A stretch of DNA of 64,000 bases, taken from Bilabrum cf. latius. Its lineage: Eukaryota. The position numbers and the translations under genes are program-made. A model generated the notes under the pieces. That model had not been told where the DNA came from and did not search any database. It saw only the letters and a program-made list of their open reading frames with translations. The DNA is taken from NCBI GenBank assembly GCA_965178125.1, contig OZ237768.1, forward strand, positions 496,001-560,000. Reading direction: 5' to 3'. This document shows, one piece after another, positions 14,901-29,300 of this stretch (position 1 is the first letter of the stretch; each line of letters opens with the position of its first letter).

Positions 14901-17900
14901 TGGCAGTCCGCCTGGCGGTGCGGCATGCTGCCACGCTGGACATTACCGGCCCTCCTGCCCTGCTTCTGCCGAGGGCAGATGCCCCGCCTCCGCAGCCTTC
15001 GGCTGTCGTGGTGGTCCTGTGCCCCAGGGGCTTGCAGGGCTCAACGATCGTCCGGCAGGCCGTGCAAATCTGCGAGCAGCGAGCCAATGGGCCGGATGGC
15101 ACCGCTTGCGAGCACGAGGCCCTTGTTCAAGGAGACGACGATGATGGTGTCTTTGACGGCGGGGCTGCGGCGCAGAACTCCAACAGGTCTGGCACAACCC
15201 CGTCCATCCGCCTTGAGTCGGTGCAGCAGAGGCTCCACGATGGTGCAGACGGTTGGGCCGACAGCACCCGCGCGATCGAGTGGGCCAGGACAGCTGCCCA
15301 CGAGCAGAAGATACGCGAGAAGCAGGAGAGGTAGGCCAGGCGAGAGGAACGCGCCCGCAAGATCGCAGAGGCGGAGGCTTCGGGCCTGGATCCGGACGAG
15401 CTGGATCTGGGCGAGGAGCCGGAGGAGGAGCCTGAAGAGGAGGAGGATGGGGAACTGAGCCTGGTTAGGGACGGCGCCTGGCCGATGCTGCGCGGGCACG
15501 AGCTTGCTCTCGGCCTGCCTGCTGGGTGCGTCGCCGCGGCTGTTCGCGCAGCAGTGCAAGGCACCTCGGATGGATCGCCGAAGGGCGACGGTTCCGTAGT
15601 TGTGCTGTACGACTGGCCCTTCCATGCCCGTGCCGATGCAACGGCCCAGAAGCAAGCCTTGGCCAAGCTGGCGCGGGAGCAGAGTGGTCAATCCGGTTAC
15701 ATCACGAGCAAATCAACAGCGTCCACCTCGGCTGACGCAGACGGCGGAATGCACCACCTTAGCGAGCCGGTCGCCACTCAGCTCATCAGGATGCAAGCTG
15801 CGCCCACCACAGTTGTGGCACCACGAGGGGTGCTTCCGTCGGAGCCGGGCGGCGACGATGCGCCTGGGCGGGAGCAGCTGGTTGCGTGGATCGCCAAGCA
15901 GCGGACCGCCGCCGAGTTCACCTGGAGCCCACCCAGGCCAGAAGCGGGCGAGGAAGCACCTGAAGAGGGCGAGGAAGGCGAACCAGACGCGGAGCAGATC
16001 GTGAGCGCTCTCCTGGCGCTGGGCAAGCTGCCCACCAGGGAACAACGGGAGGCAGCCACGGAGGCGAAACAGGCTCGCTCGGAGGAGCAGGAGCAGGGGA
16101 GGGCAGACGCGCTGGAAGAGTACCAGGGCAAGATGCAGGAGGAGGCCGAGGCCGAGGTGGGCCAGCTGGCGGGCTTTGCCGACGCCATGCGGACAGCCGG
16201 GGTAACCGTGATCTCCAGCGTCGATTTCACTGGCACCCCGGGGTCTGTGGCAAACAGGCTCGCAGTGGTTCTCAGGCCAATGGTGGCTAGCCCGGAGGCA
16301 TCGCTGCCTCTTGCAACAGGAGTGAACGCCAAGGCGGTCGGTGCACTCGTCACACGAGATGCCACGGATGTTGACTCGGGTGCCGCCACCTCTCGTGGGT
16401 TGAGGGGCTGGTGCGTGCCCGGGCCAACGCTGGGCGATGCTGCCCTGATTTCTCCTGCCATGGCGCGACGGCTGCTCTCCACAGGCCGGGCCAGCATGTC
16501 ACGATTAGGAGGGCACTGTCCCGTTGCTCTGGTTGAAGACGGGCGCGGTGCTGCCTCACTGCATCGCAGGGCGGACCCTTGGATGCACGCGGTGCAGTCG
16601 GGCTGGTCCGCGATTGGGACATGGCCGGTGCTTGCGCACGGCCGCAAGACGGTGTATTTCTGCTCGTCACACCGCCGCGCCATGGCGTTTGCCGCCAATC
16701 CCGCTCGTTTCCTGCTGCAGGCCACAGCGGCGCCGCCCGTTTCCGAGGTGCTATCAGCCCCACGAGTTGCCCTCTTAGGCCCCCCCGGCACGGTGGTCAG
16801 AGGCGTGGCGGAGCGTCTTGCCAGGGATAGCGGTGCAATCGCTGTGTGCTCCTACACTGACGCCGTTGCGTGGGTGCTGCGGCAGGGCAGGCCCTCGTCC
16901 ACGTTTGGGGGGGCTGTCAGCACGGACGGGGTCGCTACGTGGCGCGCCATGTCGGCCTCTGACGAGGCTGCGGTTAGCTCTCGTGAGGCACGGCCGATTG
17001 GAGCATGCCCCGCCGGGTCTGATCCCTACTCCGAGGGAACAAGCGACGAGCGTGCCGCGGAATTGCTATCAGTGGAGGACGAGGAGTCCACGCTCAGGGG
17101 CCTGTCAAGGGACAAGGGGATCGCCGGGTCGGTCGCAGGGGGGCATGGGGGCATCGCGAAGATCAGCGGTGCGGAGGCTGTGACGATTGCGAGCGGTGCT
17201 GCGCTGGATTGCGAGGCGGAGGGTGACCCCAGGTTGGGAGGCACCGCAGCTTCCGGACTAGCAGGAGAGGTCGCTTCGTACCTGAGCGGCCTGGAGGCAT
17301 CGCCCGTGGTACCGAAGAGGCTGCAGCTCAGATGCCTCGCGGAGATGCTCCGATCGGCAGAGGTCCGTCGCCGTGGGTTCATTCTGGGCGGTGTGGTCCA
17401 ATCCAAAGAGGAAGCGGGGGAGCTGGCTGCGATGGGCGCCCCTGCCGCGCTCTTCCTCCGATTAGATGCAGGCACCCAGCTCGACGTGGTCGAGGCGGTC
17501 AAGGCCCGCGCACTGCAGCACGAGAGGCTGCAGAGGGTGGGCCTGGGGCGGGCCCCCGCGAGCACCGGAGCTCGCGGTGCTCCCAGCTGGCTGGGTGCAC
17601 TGCCTGGTGGTGACGAGGCCGGTGCCGCGGACAGGGCAAGGAGGCGAGCGGACCACTGGCACGTGCCCGAGGATGTCGCACTGCCGCCGTCCAGGGGTGG
17701 GGAAGACGAGGAGGAAGACGCCGGGGGTGATAATGCCGGTGGTGGTACGCAGGAGAAGTATCCGTTCACTGACAGGTACGTGGCCAGGGAGGCAGTGCCT
17801 GGAGGTGGTGCAGCGCACGATGACGGGCTGCTCTCTGCCGGCTGGCTGCGGGGGATTCGGAGCTCCGAGGGCGAGGAAGACCCCGGCGAGACAACAGCCA

Positions 17901-19975
17901 CACTATCGGCGGCCATGGCCAAGCGAGGTGGCTGGAGCAGGCTGTCCCACGGCGGGAGCGCGCTCTGGCGCTGGGACGGGCCCAAGACATCTGGGTCCCG
18001 ACAGGCGTCCTGGCCGTCCTCGTCACACCGAGGGAACAACGGCAATGCGGGGGCTGACGTGTGTGACGATCTCGACTCGCTTATCGCCATTCGCACTGGC
18101 GAGGCTGAGGCACAGCAGCCCGGCGCCCGCTCGTCACACTCTGACGAGGTCCTGGCACCTCGCGATCCCAGCACCGGAGGCATGTCACCTGTGCCTCTGG
18201 ATGTGTCCGTTCGGCCCGACATCGCCGTGGGCGCGATCGGCAGGTACGTTGCACAGGCGGACGAGCTTGAGGATGCCTTGCTGGACGGCGTGGACGCATC
18301 TGTGGTGGGTGTGGTTCGTCGGATAGACGCCCGCGTGTGGTCCGACAATTGGTCGGATGCGACCAGTGGAGACGGTCCCACGGGTCACGACCTCACCAAG
18401 AGGTACGACTCGGTGGTCGAGAGGGTCTCAAGGGAGGCTCTGCAGATCCTCAGGAAATGCACCGCGAAAGCCCTCGCTGTCGGTCGAGCCAGGGGCAGAC
18501 TCGTCGCACCGCCGCAGGTACGCTCCCACATGGCTGGCGCGCACATGTCGCTCGCCCGGGCGGTGGGCATGCCAGAGAGCGCGGGCCCTGCGGCGGTGCT
18601 TCGACGCGCGTACCGTGTGGCAGAGATCCTCGCGGGCAGGGCCCCTGCCGTGCAGCTGGGGGCCGTGGCAGAGCCTGAGATCGGGCTCAGGATGCGGGCC
18701 AGCAGCGCGATGAGGATGATCTGTCCCGTGGGATGGAAGACTTCCAGGGTGCTGCACGATGCGGCGAGCGCGTCGAGGCCCAGGCACCTGGCGGTGGAGT
18801 GGGGTGGTAGCGTGTACTTTGTGGCCAGTGCAGGGCCTGAGCTATCTGCATTCATGCGGTCTCCGTCCCGGGTGCTGGCGCAGCTCAGGCTGCCGAACGA
18901 GATGCCCAGACGGATCTTGCCCCAGGATGCCGATTACCCCGAGACCATCCTTCGCGCACCGGAGGGCGATTCTCTACGCGCTGGCGTGGATCCGGACTCG
19001 GTCATGCCTCGAGTGGGCGAGGCTGCCATCGACGACTTGCCGCTGCCTTCCCTTGGTGAATCCGGGGAGAGCAAGAAGAGGAGGAGGCAACTGGCGCTCG
19101 CTGGGATGTGCCCTGTTAGCCTGTGGGTGGTGACCCAGCACAACAACCGCCTGAAACAGATCCAGGCCATGCAGCCCACTGCGGGCCAATCCGCTTTGGA
19201 TCCGGCATGGAAGCAGCAGATGGTGCCCAAGCATGGAGATCCATCCATCTGCGTGTCCTACATGGGCAGGTTCTTCCGGCTTTCCTCAGAGGAAGCAGCG
19301 GAAGAATTCAGGAAGAAGCCGTGGATTTACGCCCACCAGTCCACCCCCGTTGACCTGCCTCCCCGTGGGATTCACAGGCTGTCCGCAAGAGAGCTGGGTC
19401 CCATGGGACTGGGGAGCATCGTGGCGTACTTGGAGCAAGGCCTCGGACGGATCGTGCGGGCGGGGCTTGAGAGCCTGTCAACAACCGTGGTGCCTGGTGC
19501 CACAGCATCGTCGCCTGGTCATGACTCTAAGCTGCTGCATCCCGCGCTCAAGGGCCGGAAACAGACAATGATGGCACTGCTTGCTCTGGAGCTGAGGGCC
19601 AGAAACCCCTATGAGAGGGCACACCACCGGGCCAGGCATCGCAGGCGACTGGAGGCGTTCGTCCGCGAGTCTCGGTTGGCAGCTGCACTGATGCCGCTGG
19701 CGAAGCAGGCCATGGAGGACGGCGAAGGGGGTCAGAAGGTCCTAGAGCTGGTTGTGAAGGGTGAAGACCGTGGCACGACGTCAGGTCGCGGTGGAGTTGT
19801 TGCGATGAAATCGGCTGGCGCGGGGGAGGCTACCCAGGACGAAGGCAAGGAGGAGAGGAAGGCGGGCGAGTCTTCTGCCGACGGCGAGGGTGAGGTTGGC
19901 ATGCTGCTGGAACGGTTCGAGAAGCTGGCCACCGTACAGCCTCGCCAGGTCCTGCGATCAACGTTCCGGGGCTGA
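2928..19975 (+). CDS. Giant adenylate kinase 9 (AK9)-like protein (~5,557 aa) with an N-terminal EF-hand-like region, YHS-like repeats and degenerate AK P-loops; 10 in-frame TAG
   Basis: Model: exons 2928-2984, 3087-3473 and 3746-19975 (introns 2985-3086 and 3474-3745, both GTGAGA...CAG). ORFs 3665, 6971, 10811, 11714, 12110, 14204 and 15485 share one frame, broken only by TAG (6953, 10685, 10688, 11693, 12053, 13808, 13970, 14177, 15332, plus 3252 in exon 2). It ends at TGA 19973-19975. Motifs: FGRHCPV, IGRYCPT, LGGHCPV, MICPV, LAGMCPV followed by F..(N/K)P..Y; RVALLGPPG; C-terminal YLEQGLG...LLALELRARNP resembling the AK9 C-terminus. Confidence 0.8.
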
Positions 19976-20319
19976 GCGGGTCGACATCTGGCTTGATTAG
20001 CTCTACATGAATCCATACAGAATCCGCTGTACAAATTCAAATACACAAGGATCTACATTTCTTCTAATTCTTGTTATCTAGCGCAGATTAAGGCTTGGTG
20101 TTGAGGTCAGGTGGTGGTAAATCCGAATTGGGTCTAGCGCCGCAAGATCCTTCCGTACGACCAAGCCAACGTATTCAGAATTTCGGATCCAAAATTAGTG
20201 TCAAGACTAGTTGCAATTCCAGGCAATCCGTATCCAAGAAGTACTTAGATTAGCTTGATAAAGGTCACGGCCAAACCAGATTCAACCTTGAACAGCAGAG
20301 ATACATCCGGGATCTTTTC

Positions 20320-23300
20320 TCATCGCCGGCTTCCGCTACCCCCAGCTGTCCGACTGCTACCGGCCTGCACCTGTGGCTTCCACTTCTGGGCCTTGAGCAT
20401 CTCCTTGGCTTCTTCTACGAGTTCCTCATCTGCAAACAACCACGGCTTAGTGATTTCCGGTAGCTTCTCTCTCCTCTTCAGGATGTCCAGGCCGGCAGCC
20501 CGCACGAACTGCATCCTCTCTTTCTCGGTCAAGGGGGCGTACAACTCTGCCTTGATGCGCTCCTGTTCCCTGGCCCTTGCCTCGGCATCCTCCTCGGATA
20601 TCTTCATGGAAGGCTTAGGCAGCAGTTTGGGCAGTCCTACCTGCCTGGATCCGATACTGGCGGGAGAGGCGCCGGGGGTCCCGAGGTTTCCAGACAAGTT
20701 CATGACTCCAAGACCCGAGTGCATGTTGCTGATGTTTGAGTTGCTTCCGACACGAACCAAGTTGCCTTGCTGACTTACATCACTTCCGGTGCTTGGCGCC
20801 ACCACCTGCATCCCTGTGCCTGAAACTTCCTGTGCCGATGCACCACGTCGCCTGGCTCCACTCATCACTGCCATCTAAAACTTTGGATTGTACTGCTGAG
20901 ACACATCCCGATCTCTCCGCAACTATCTTCCCTTGGCATCGTCATCAGATTGGCCGATCGCAGCCAGCACGTCACGCCTGCTATCAGCCTGCATAGCTGG
21001 AGATGGCAACAGCTGCCTTCCGGCTGAGGTGGCACCAGGCAATGGCAGCAACTTTCCATGACTAGCACTGCCTGCACTAGGCATCGCACTGCCGCTCGCT
21101 GCACCGTTACCACCACTGCCATTGCCACTGCCACTTGAAGGCCCCTAGCGAGAGCCAGATCCCGTGGAGCTGCCCAGCAGTCCCGTGTGGCCTTTCACAC
21201 CATCAGGTACCAGGGCCACGCTGTTCGCTCTGCCCGCCCTGTAGGCCATGGCAGCTGCGGACTGATTGGGCTTCTGGCTACCTGCGGAATTATCGCTGGA
21301 TCCCTCCTCCTGCGGCTTTGAATTGGCGCCGATGAGCCCGAATGCTTCCATCGATCCAGATTCCTCCGTGCTTCGCTCCACTTTCTGCGCAATGGCACCC
21401 ACGCTGCGCTGCGCAGGTGACTGTGGCGGCGGCGCAGCAAATCCGGTACCGTTGTTCCCTGGTCCCGGTCGGCCTACGGGAGTCATTGCCGCGGCGGATG
21501 GGTCGACACTTGCGGCCCTCGAAAGGATCCTGCTCCTCGCCCCTCTCGGATCCACGCTCATCGCCCGAGACATGCGGCCCCGCCTGCCGCCCAGTCCCGG
21601 AATGGCACCGCTCGATCTACGCCTCGCCCCAGGTGCTGCAAAACGGCCACGACCCTTGCTAACCGAGCGACCGCGTCGCCGCCTGTCACCACCATGCGTA
21701 GACTGCAGCTGCGTGATGCGCTGCTGTTCCATCGTGCGGTGCCGCAGGGAGGCAGCGTGGCCTTCGACGATCCAGCCCTGCATCTTGATGTCCAAACCGG
21801 CGATGTCGACGAACGTTGACTTGGTTCTCGGGGTGCACACGAACCTTCTCTTAACGTGGCTGTAAGTCTTGTTCGTGATGTGCACCTCGCCGGGAATCCC
21901 TTCGCTCTCGTACTGGTTGGCGAGCCAAGGTGTGAATCCCCACAGCAGGTACCTTGGTCTCTACAGGCCGCCAATAACAGCACCTAGCGCATCTCCAGTG
22001 TGAATGCCAATCCTGAGTTTAACATCCAGCTGAAGCCGCCGCCGGAACTTTGCCATTTCCTCCAGCATCCGCAGCGCAAACACCACCATGGCGTGAGCGG
22101 ACTGCGCCGGGGTAGGCGGACCTTGGTTCTTCTGCGAGTTTGGTGCCCCCCCAGGCCCCCGAATGCCATCAGCATCCACTGCTGCCGGGCCTGAGCCGAC
22201 CCCTACCCCTCCACCGCCGCTCTCGTCTTCCGAGTCCGAGCTGGATTCCTAAAACAGGGCCTTTTGTGCCGCTGCTGCCTCCGAGTCGAATGTCGTGCTC
22301 CGGCCGCTCCCGATGCTTTCCCGAATCGAATCCTCCGGCAGAATGCTACTCTTTTCCCGCTCCTTCTGCCCGGAGTTCATGAGCTCCCTTCCTTTCGCTT
22401 TCTTCTGCTTCTCCTTAATGTTTCTCACCTGATGCAGCAGCCCGCCGACCACTACCAGACAGTCTCCGATGGTATCCACCGAGAACAGCTGCTTGTCCAT
22501 CCGAGCATGGAAGGCGCTGTAGATTGCATCAAGGATAACGAGAAGATGTTCGGGTCGCTTCAGCTTGCCAGTCAGGGGCGTAAAGCCCTTGATGTCGGCA
22601 TACAGCACTGTTACCTCCTTGAGCTGCTCAAAGACAGGTTTCCCCTGGAGGATCCGGTTCAGGTACGAGCGACCGGGAAGAACGTTCACGAGAACGTCCC
22701 TGACTTCGTTCGTCTTGGCTTTGGCCAGCTGCCTCGATCGCTGCGTCCTGCGGATCACACGCTCGGCCTGCACGGTCAGCAGCCACGGACCGAGCAGAGA
22801 CAGAAACGCATACGAGCTCAAGTGGAGGAGCGCCATCACCGAGAGGTCTCCGTACACTCTGCTAGGCTTGTGCACAGTGGCATGCACCGCTTCGATCGCT
22901 TCTTCCGGTGGCATCAGCATCCCAATCGCACTCGAAACGTTGAATCGGGGATCGATACGCAGCAGAGCTGTCTGGTCTACGTTTGGCCCAAGCACATGAA
23001 GGGATCCGAGAAGCGCGGGAATCACGAGCACCTGGATGCACAGCCCCGCACCGCACACGCCAAGCGAGCGCCTCCCGGGCGAAACCGCCCTGGTCTGCGA
23101 AGCGATTAGTAGCAGGATGGCCAAAGTCGTCAGGCCTCCGAACGACTCGGATACTGACAGGATGGACACGGTCAGGAGCGACGGCAGGATGGCAATCACG
23201 ACGATGCTCGCAAGCAGATTGAAACCGATGCGGCTGTGCGCCACCCCAGGTGACAAGAACCCGCAGCACCACGGCTTGAGCTTGAGTCGAAGGGGATGCA

Positions 23301-26300
23301 ACGGCCCACACGCTGCCCTTCGCTTGCCAGCAGTGTCCATGTGGTCCTTGCTCGGAATCAGGTCCAGATGCTCTGGCACCTGGCTGGCGATTTCCTGCCC
23401 GCAATAGCACGTGCAGCACGAAAATCCGCATCCGAGCAGCTGGAACGCGACAGCAATGGCTTTGGCGCAGCCGTATTGGCCATAGGTGCACAGGCACGAG
23501 CAGCAGCACATTGCGCCCAAGACGCGACCTCTGGTACACTGGCCATGGTACCTGTCCCAATGCCTCTCGCACGACCGCCGGGATTCCGTCAAATCGCAGC
23601 AACACAGTAGAACGTGTTTGCAACAATGCTGGTCTTCCTTTGTTCCGAGGCATGGGCAGGCGACGCCTCGGTCGCAGGTATCTCGGTCCTCACTGAGAAC
23701 AGCCTCGTACTGCTCCCCAGAATCGTATGCTGAGACCCCGCCGCCGAAATGAGTTAGAGCATCTCGTAATGAGGCGCGGCGAGACACGCGTTTCCTCAGC
23801 TTCATCGACTTGCGTCGGCGTCGCATCTCCCCTGCCCGCGCCTGGCTATCGGCTGGGGGCAGAGGCGGGGCGACCGAAGGCGGCTGCTTGGGGTGCTGTA
23901 CCCGCCTGCCAGTGCCAGTGCCAGTGCCACGGCCTCCTGTGCTAGTCGACAGGAACCCCGCCCCACGAGATGCCACAGGCAGCGGGGCAGGGGCCACCCG
24001 TGCGGGCGACTTGCCCGCGCTCAGACTGGGAACTTCATGCTGAACGGATAGAAGACCGCCCACTCGCTCCAGCTCACCGCTGTCTTCATGGCCATTGTAT
24101 ATTCCACGTCCCGCAGACATGCCGCCCGTTTCCCCTGGGATAGAGTCGGCGGTCGGCCGGAGGGCACTCAGCCCACCAGACTTGCGCCGACTGCGCTTGG
24201 GTCCGCGGCCCTTCCCGCCGATTGAAACGCTAGGTGTCGTCTTGCTTCGGGTCGAACCAAAGCAGGCGCAACACCGGATTGGGTAACGAGTCCTCAGTGG
24301 TCCCATCCAGCTAGATTTGGACCTGCGCGCGCCACTTTCTGAATCCGACGAGCTGCCGCTTGAGTCACCGGGACTATCAGAATCAGAGGAAGAGCCTGGG
24401 CTGTCGCTCTACTGCGAAGCACTGTGCTCCCCGGGACTGCGCCGCCCCGATCCCATGCTGCTAGCTTCAACACCTAGGCCCCCGCCACCAACTCGGCTTG
24501 CTGCATCGCCGTTGCCAGACCGTGGAAGTGTGGAAGCAAGCTGCGCGTTGGCCGCCTCAAGCTGCTTCTTGCGCTGCTCCTTAGCTCGTTTCCGACCGAT
24601 GAGCCTCATGAGCACCCTGGTCTTTGGCCGCCGGGCTCCGCGACCGCAGTCTCTGAAATCACACGCTACTGTGGAGCACAAGCAACCCGCGCTGCAGCAG
24701 TATGGATACGTGTACTTTGCTATCTCGCTAGTCATGAAGCAGCAGCAGAATGCGTCCTGCCTTACGTCACGATTACCGCTCCTGGAATGCAGGAATTCTT
24801 CCAGTTCCGCCATTGCCTCCTTGATGGTGATGTCGTCCTTATCCTCGCGCTCTCTGGCGTGACAGCAGCAGCACATGCGGTACCACACGCAGCGGCACGT
24901 CCTCCTCCAGAGCTTCCCGGCATGCCCGAACAAGTGGTTGGTATTAATGCCCCTGAAATGGCTGCATTGCACCCCGCACACCACCAAGGCAATATAGATG
25001 GCAAACGAGGCTAGAAGAACCCCAAAACTAAGCAGCGACCGGACCGAATCTTCCACTGCGAGTGCGGTCGGGCCCAGGATGGAAGCAGCCGCTCGCACGG
25101 GGTCGATCGAGTCAGCGAGGTAATTGAATGCGATTCCGGCCCCTCCGATGACGATACCCACGATGAGAACGGAGGACAGGGAGACCGCCACGTGCATCGC
25201 GGATAGCTCCCTGAGCGACCGCCTGACAAGGTTCGCGGTCGCGCGATCGACCAGCGACTCCATGTTCATGAGGCTCTTTGTCATCGCGGCGACTCTCGCA
25301 GCTGCCCGCTTCTCCGCCTTTTTTCGCTTGCTCTCAATCGCCTTGACGGGGCGCGCCGACAGCTTCGAGTCCCTCTCTGCGGCGTCCCGCGAGGTGTTGT
25401 GCGAGCTGGTGCTGGCTGCACTGCTTGCGGCACTGTTGGCTGCACTGCCAGGGACTGGATTCGCAGGAGGCGCGGACGCTACGAGAACTCCCTGCATGCT
25501 CCCAATTTCACCCGGTGCCGTCTTGTGCGGGGAGGACTTGTCCCGCTCGGAAAGTCCCTCCATAGAGGCAGTGAGCCCGATCATCGAGCCAGCGCCGTCC
25601 ACCACGAGCCCTTGCACCCCCTCGTCGTCCAACAAGCCAGCGCTTCTTGCCTTGTCAGCCAGCGACTTGTAGTTGCTAATGAGGTAGTGCATGCGGCGCC
25701 CGCAGCAAGCCTTGGTGCAGCCCAGCACTGCGCAGCAAGACTCGCAGCATGATTTCGGTCTTTTGAAAGGAGTAATCTTCTTGTGCTTGCCTTGCCGGTA
25801 GTTGATGGGCTGGTTCATTCCAACGTTCCTATCCATCGCGAAGAACCAGAGAACCGATTGTGCGAGTGCGGACAGGGTAGGGTCCTCGTTCGATTCACCG
25901 AGATGGCATGCGCCGCAGCACGTGGTGTCTGCGTAGACGTCATAGCAAGATGGCTCGACAGCGCCTTCGACGTCACTTTGACCATCAGGATCATCGTCGA
26001 GCTACGGAGTCTTTGGATCGGAGGATGACAGAGGGATCACTGCATCCTCCGGTGGGTGCTGCTTGCGGTCCATCGATTCCGCAACCCTCTTTCGGAGGGA
26101 TAGGAGGGCTCGCGGCCCACGTGCATGCGAGACAAGGCTGCCAGCGTCATCGCAACTAAAGAGCCACATCAGCACGTACCAGCAGGACCCAAGCCGCATT
26201 GACTGGATGGCATCAGTCGCAGGATCGAAATAGTCTTCATTCGAAAAAAATGTCCTGCTCACGATGTGCTGCAGCTGCACGCTGCCCAGGTAGGCCCGCT

Positions 26301-29300
26301 TCAGCCGGACATACCGATGCCCCGTGAAGCTGAAGGGGTGGTAGTACTGGTGCTGCGCCACAGCTCGCAACACACGCTCCGTGGCCACACTCGCCGCCTG
26401 CCTGGGCATGATCTCTTCAAGGAGAGCATCCCTCGCCCTCTGCTGGGCAGCGGTGGGCTCCCCGTTGCTCTGCTGCTCTAGAGGCTGCAGGATCCCGAGG
26501 ACTTCACCGTATCGTTTGGGTGCCTTGTCTTCTACCTGGGTGGGGACGGGCAGCTGCGGCGTAGTGTCCACGCGGCCTGCAGCGCCCTGGATCCGATCAT
26601 AGCCGTTGGCAAACGTCTCATTCATCTGCTGCGTCACGCTGTCCTGCATGTGGTCCGCTCGGCCCGTGCTTGTGCCTTCGCCCGAATCCAGCTCCAGTCC
26701 CTATCCCACAGTCGAGCCGTGCGCGTCACCCATGGGCATCATGCTGCCCCGGCCCATCATGCTGGCAGATTCTCCTCCCGTCTGCTGCAGCGTCTCGTCC
26801 CAGGCCGACAGACTTGCGACTCCGGGCCCGATGTTATCACTCGTCACACCGTTCCAACGGCCTTGCGAACCCTTGACCATCCCAGGCATCTCACCAGAAA
26901 CATCTCTGTGGGTCACGGACTCCGGCCTTACACCCATGCTTGGAAACTCCCCGTTTCCACCCGCCGCAGCCGCAGCAGCCGCAGCAGCTCCAACCGCGGA
27001 GGCGCTTGCTCCAACCCGAGCACGCCGGCCCTGTATGGACTAAGACAGCCTGCCGGAGCTCCCAGGTCTAGCAGGCGCCCTGCCCTATCCACCCGGTGGG
27101 TTAGTGGACGTGCGGACAGTCATGCTCAAGAACTATTGCGGGCCCCGCGGCGGGCGCGAACTCGCCTGTACGGCGGTCATGTCGGTGGGAACCGTCTCGA
27201 AAGTTCCCTCGCGCAAGAGGGAAGAAACGCGGTATATTCCTGGCATCAGCGCGGGTGCTCGCAACAGAGCAGGGTAGAGAAGCCTTCGGTCGCGGCTCCT
27301 CGCTGCGAACCGAATGATCGACATCATCGTGTCCCAAGCAGACATGGCGGCACCTGCCTCCTCAGGCGGAATACCGAACTGGTGCGCAATGGTACTTGGA
27401 ACAGCGAGTTGGTTCAGACTACGCGTGTACTCTCGTTCTACCAGGGCCGATTCGCCCTCGGTATCGTTGCCATCGATGTACAATTTCGTTTGTTTCGAGG
27501 AGGTTGGCGCTGCTCCGAGCTTGCGGCTGCTACCTGCACCGGCATTACCACTGGCCACCTCGACCGTTTGCTGCTTCCCAATCTTGTGTATAGGCTCATT
27601 GGAAGACGATGTGCCCGCTTGCACGATGGGAAACGAACCGTATGGCCTCCGAACTACTAGCTTTGCCACATAGGCAGACTGCGCACCGGGCAGCCCGATG
27701 TGCATGGGCATGCACTTGGGGCCTCCGAGCGCCACCGAATTCTTGAGGCTGTTGGCTGGATGCAGTTCTCGATGCATGATCATCTCATCCGTGTCTTCTT
27801 CCGTGCTGTAAAAACCCTCAGTGTCGAAGAAAAGATCGATCATCTCCTTGCGGTGGTCCCGCTCCGGGCGGCGCAAGGACCGCCGGCGGGTGCCTGACGG
27901 GGTCGGGCTATTTCTTCTGGGTGGTGGAGGGAGTTCAGCCGCCTTTTTGCACTCCTGGATGACCCTCTTGAAAGTAGCGTGCTGTTTCCGGGTAATCTGG
28001 TGCAGGTTGAGTCCGGGGGCATCTGTCTGCACGTGCACCACCGAGAGGTCGGCAAGGTGCTGATTCGACAATGTGCTGTCCTTTGGCATCGTACGGAGGA
28101 CCTGCTTGACCTTGCTCTAAATTCGGACGGCGCGTGTCCTGTCACGAATGTAGGCCTGCAGTTTCAGAGCTCGTTCCACGTTTGCTTTGGCCTGCGCTAT
28201 GGCCTCCTGGCTGGTCTTGCGGTTGCTGGGTGGTGGGGCCATTCGGGAGCTGTACGGAGCTAGTGTCATGTCAGTGGGATGCACCTTGATGCGGACGCTC
28301 GGAGTCTGGTTTCGGACCCCCTCTGGCATATGCTGCTCAAATGACTCGCCCAGGTTGGAAATGTACCTGCGCCTGCCGACATCGTCCCCAGATGCAACCC
28401 TGGCAGAGTCCAGCGGAGGCGGTTGCCTGGCAGTTCCTGACGTCTCATTGGACTCCCCGAGAGTGCCTAGGCGGTTCTATCTCGGGGTGTTGACTGACTC
28501 GTAGGATTCTTTGCCGCGATGCAGCCTTACTCCAAGTTCTGTTGACACGCGCGAAGATCCAGCTTCCTTTGCAGCACCCGATGACCCGCTCCTGTCGCGA
28601 TTACCGGCTCCCGGGCTGGAGGATCCAGACTCGTGTTCGAGGTGGGGCGTGCGACGAACTAGATTCAAATCGATGGACGGGCCCTGCGGATGGCCGCGAG
28701 CGCTCCGTGGCGGCTTGCCTTGGTTGTCGGGAGACTTCAATAGGCTTCTGTTCGATGCACCTGGCTGGAGCATCACCCCGTCACTGGGATGGGCATCGAT
28801 TGAGATGTAGTGCTGAGGCCTTCTATTTCCATACCCTGCTGCACCACCTCTAGTTGACTCCAACTTGCTCCCATCGCTCGAATCTCTGCCATCGCGCGAC
28901 ACAGCTGGCTGTTGCAATCCATTGTGGACGGTGGGCTCACCTAGCACCATGGAGCCGAGCTCGACCGATTGCATGGCCAGCGATTTCATGGCGAGCTGAG
29001 CGGCGCTTTGGCCACCGCCCCTCTTTTTCCTGGCCCTAGTGGAGACATACCTGGGCACAGCGGGTAGCAGTGATATCTCCGCTCCCGGCCTCAGCCAAAA
29101 CACGTGGAAAAGCTTGTCACCCTTGCCCTTGAGCTTGACCGCTCCCCTGTACAGAGCTGTGAATGTCATGGGATGGTTAAGCGCAGTCATTTCCAGCGAT
29201 TGCCTCAGCTCCATGAGGCAATCCATGCTCATGAGGATTTGGCTGGTGGCGCTCTTGCCCGCATGCCGACTCGTCACGTTGACGGGGTCGCCAAAGAGCC

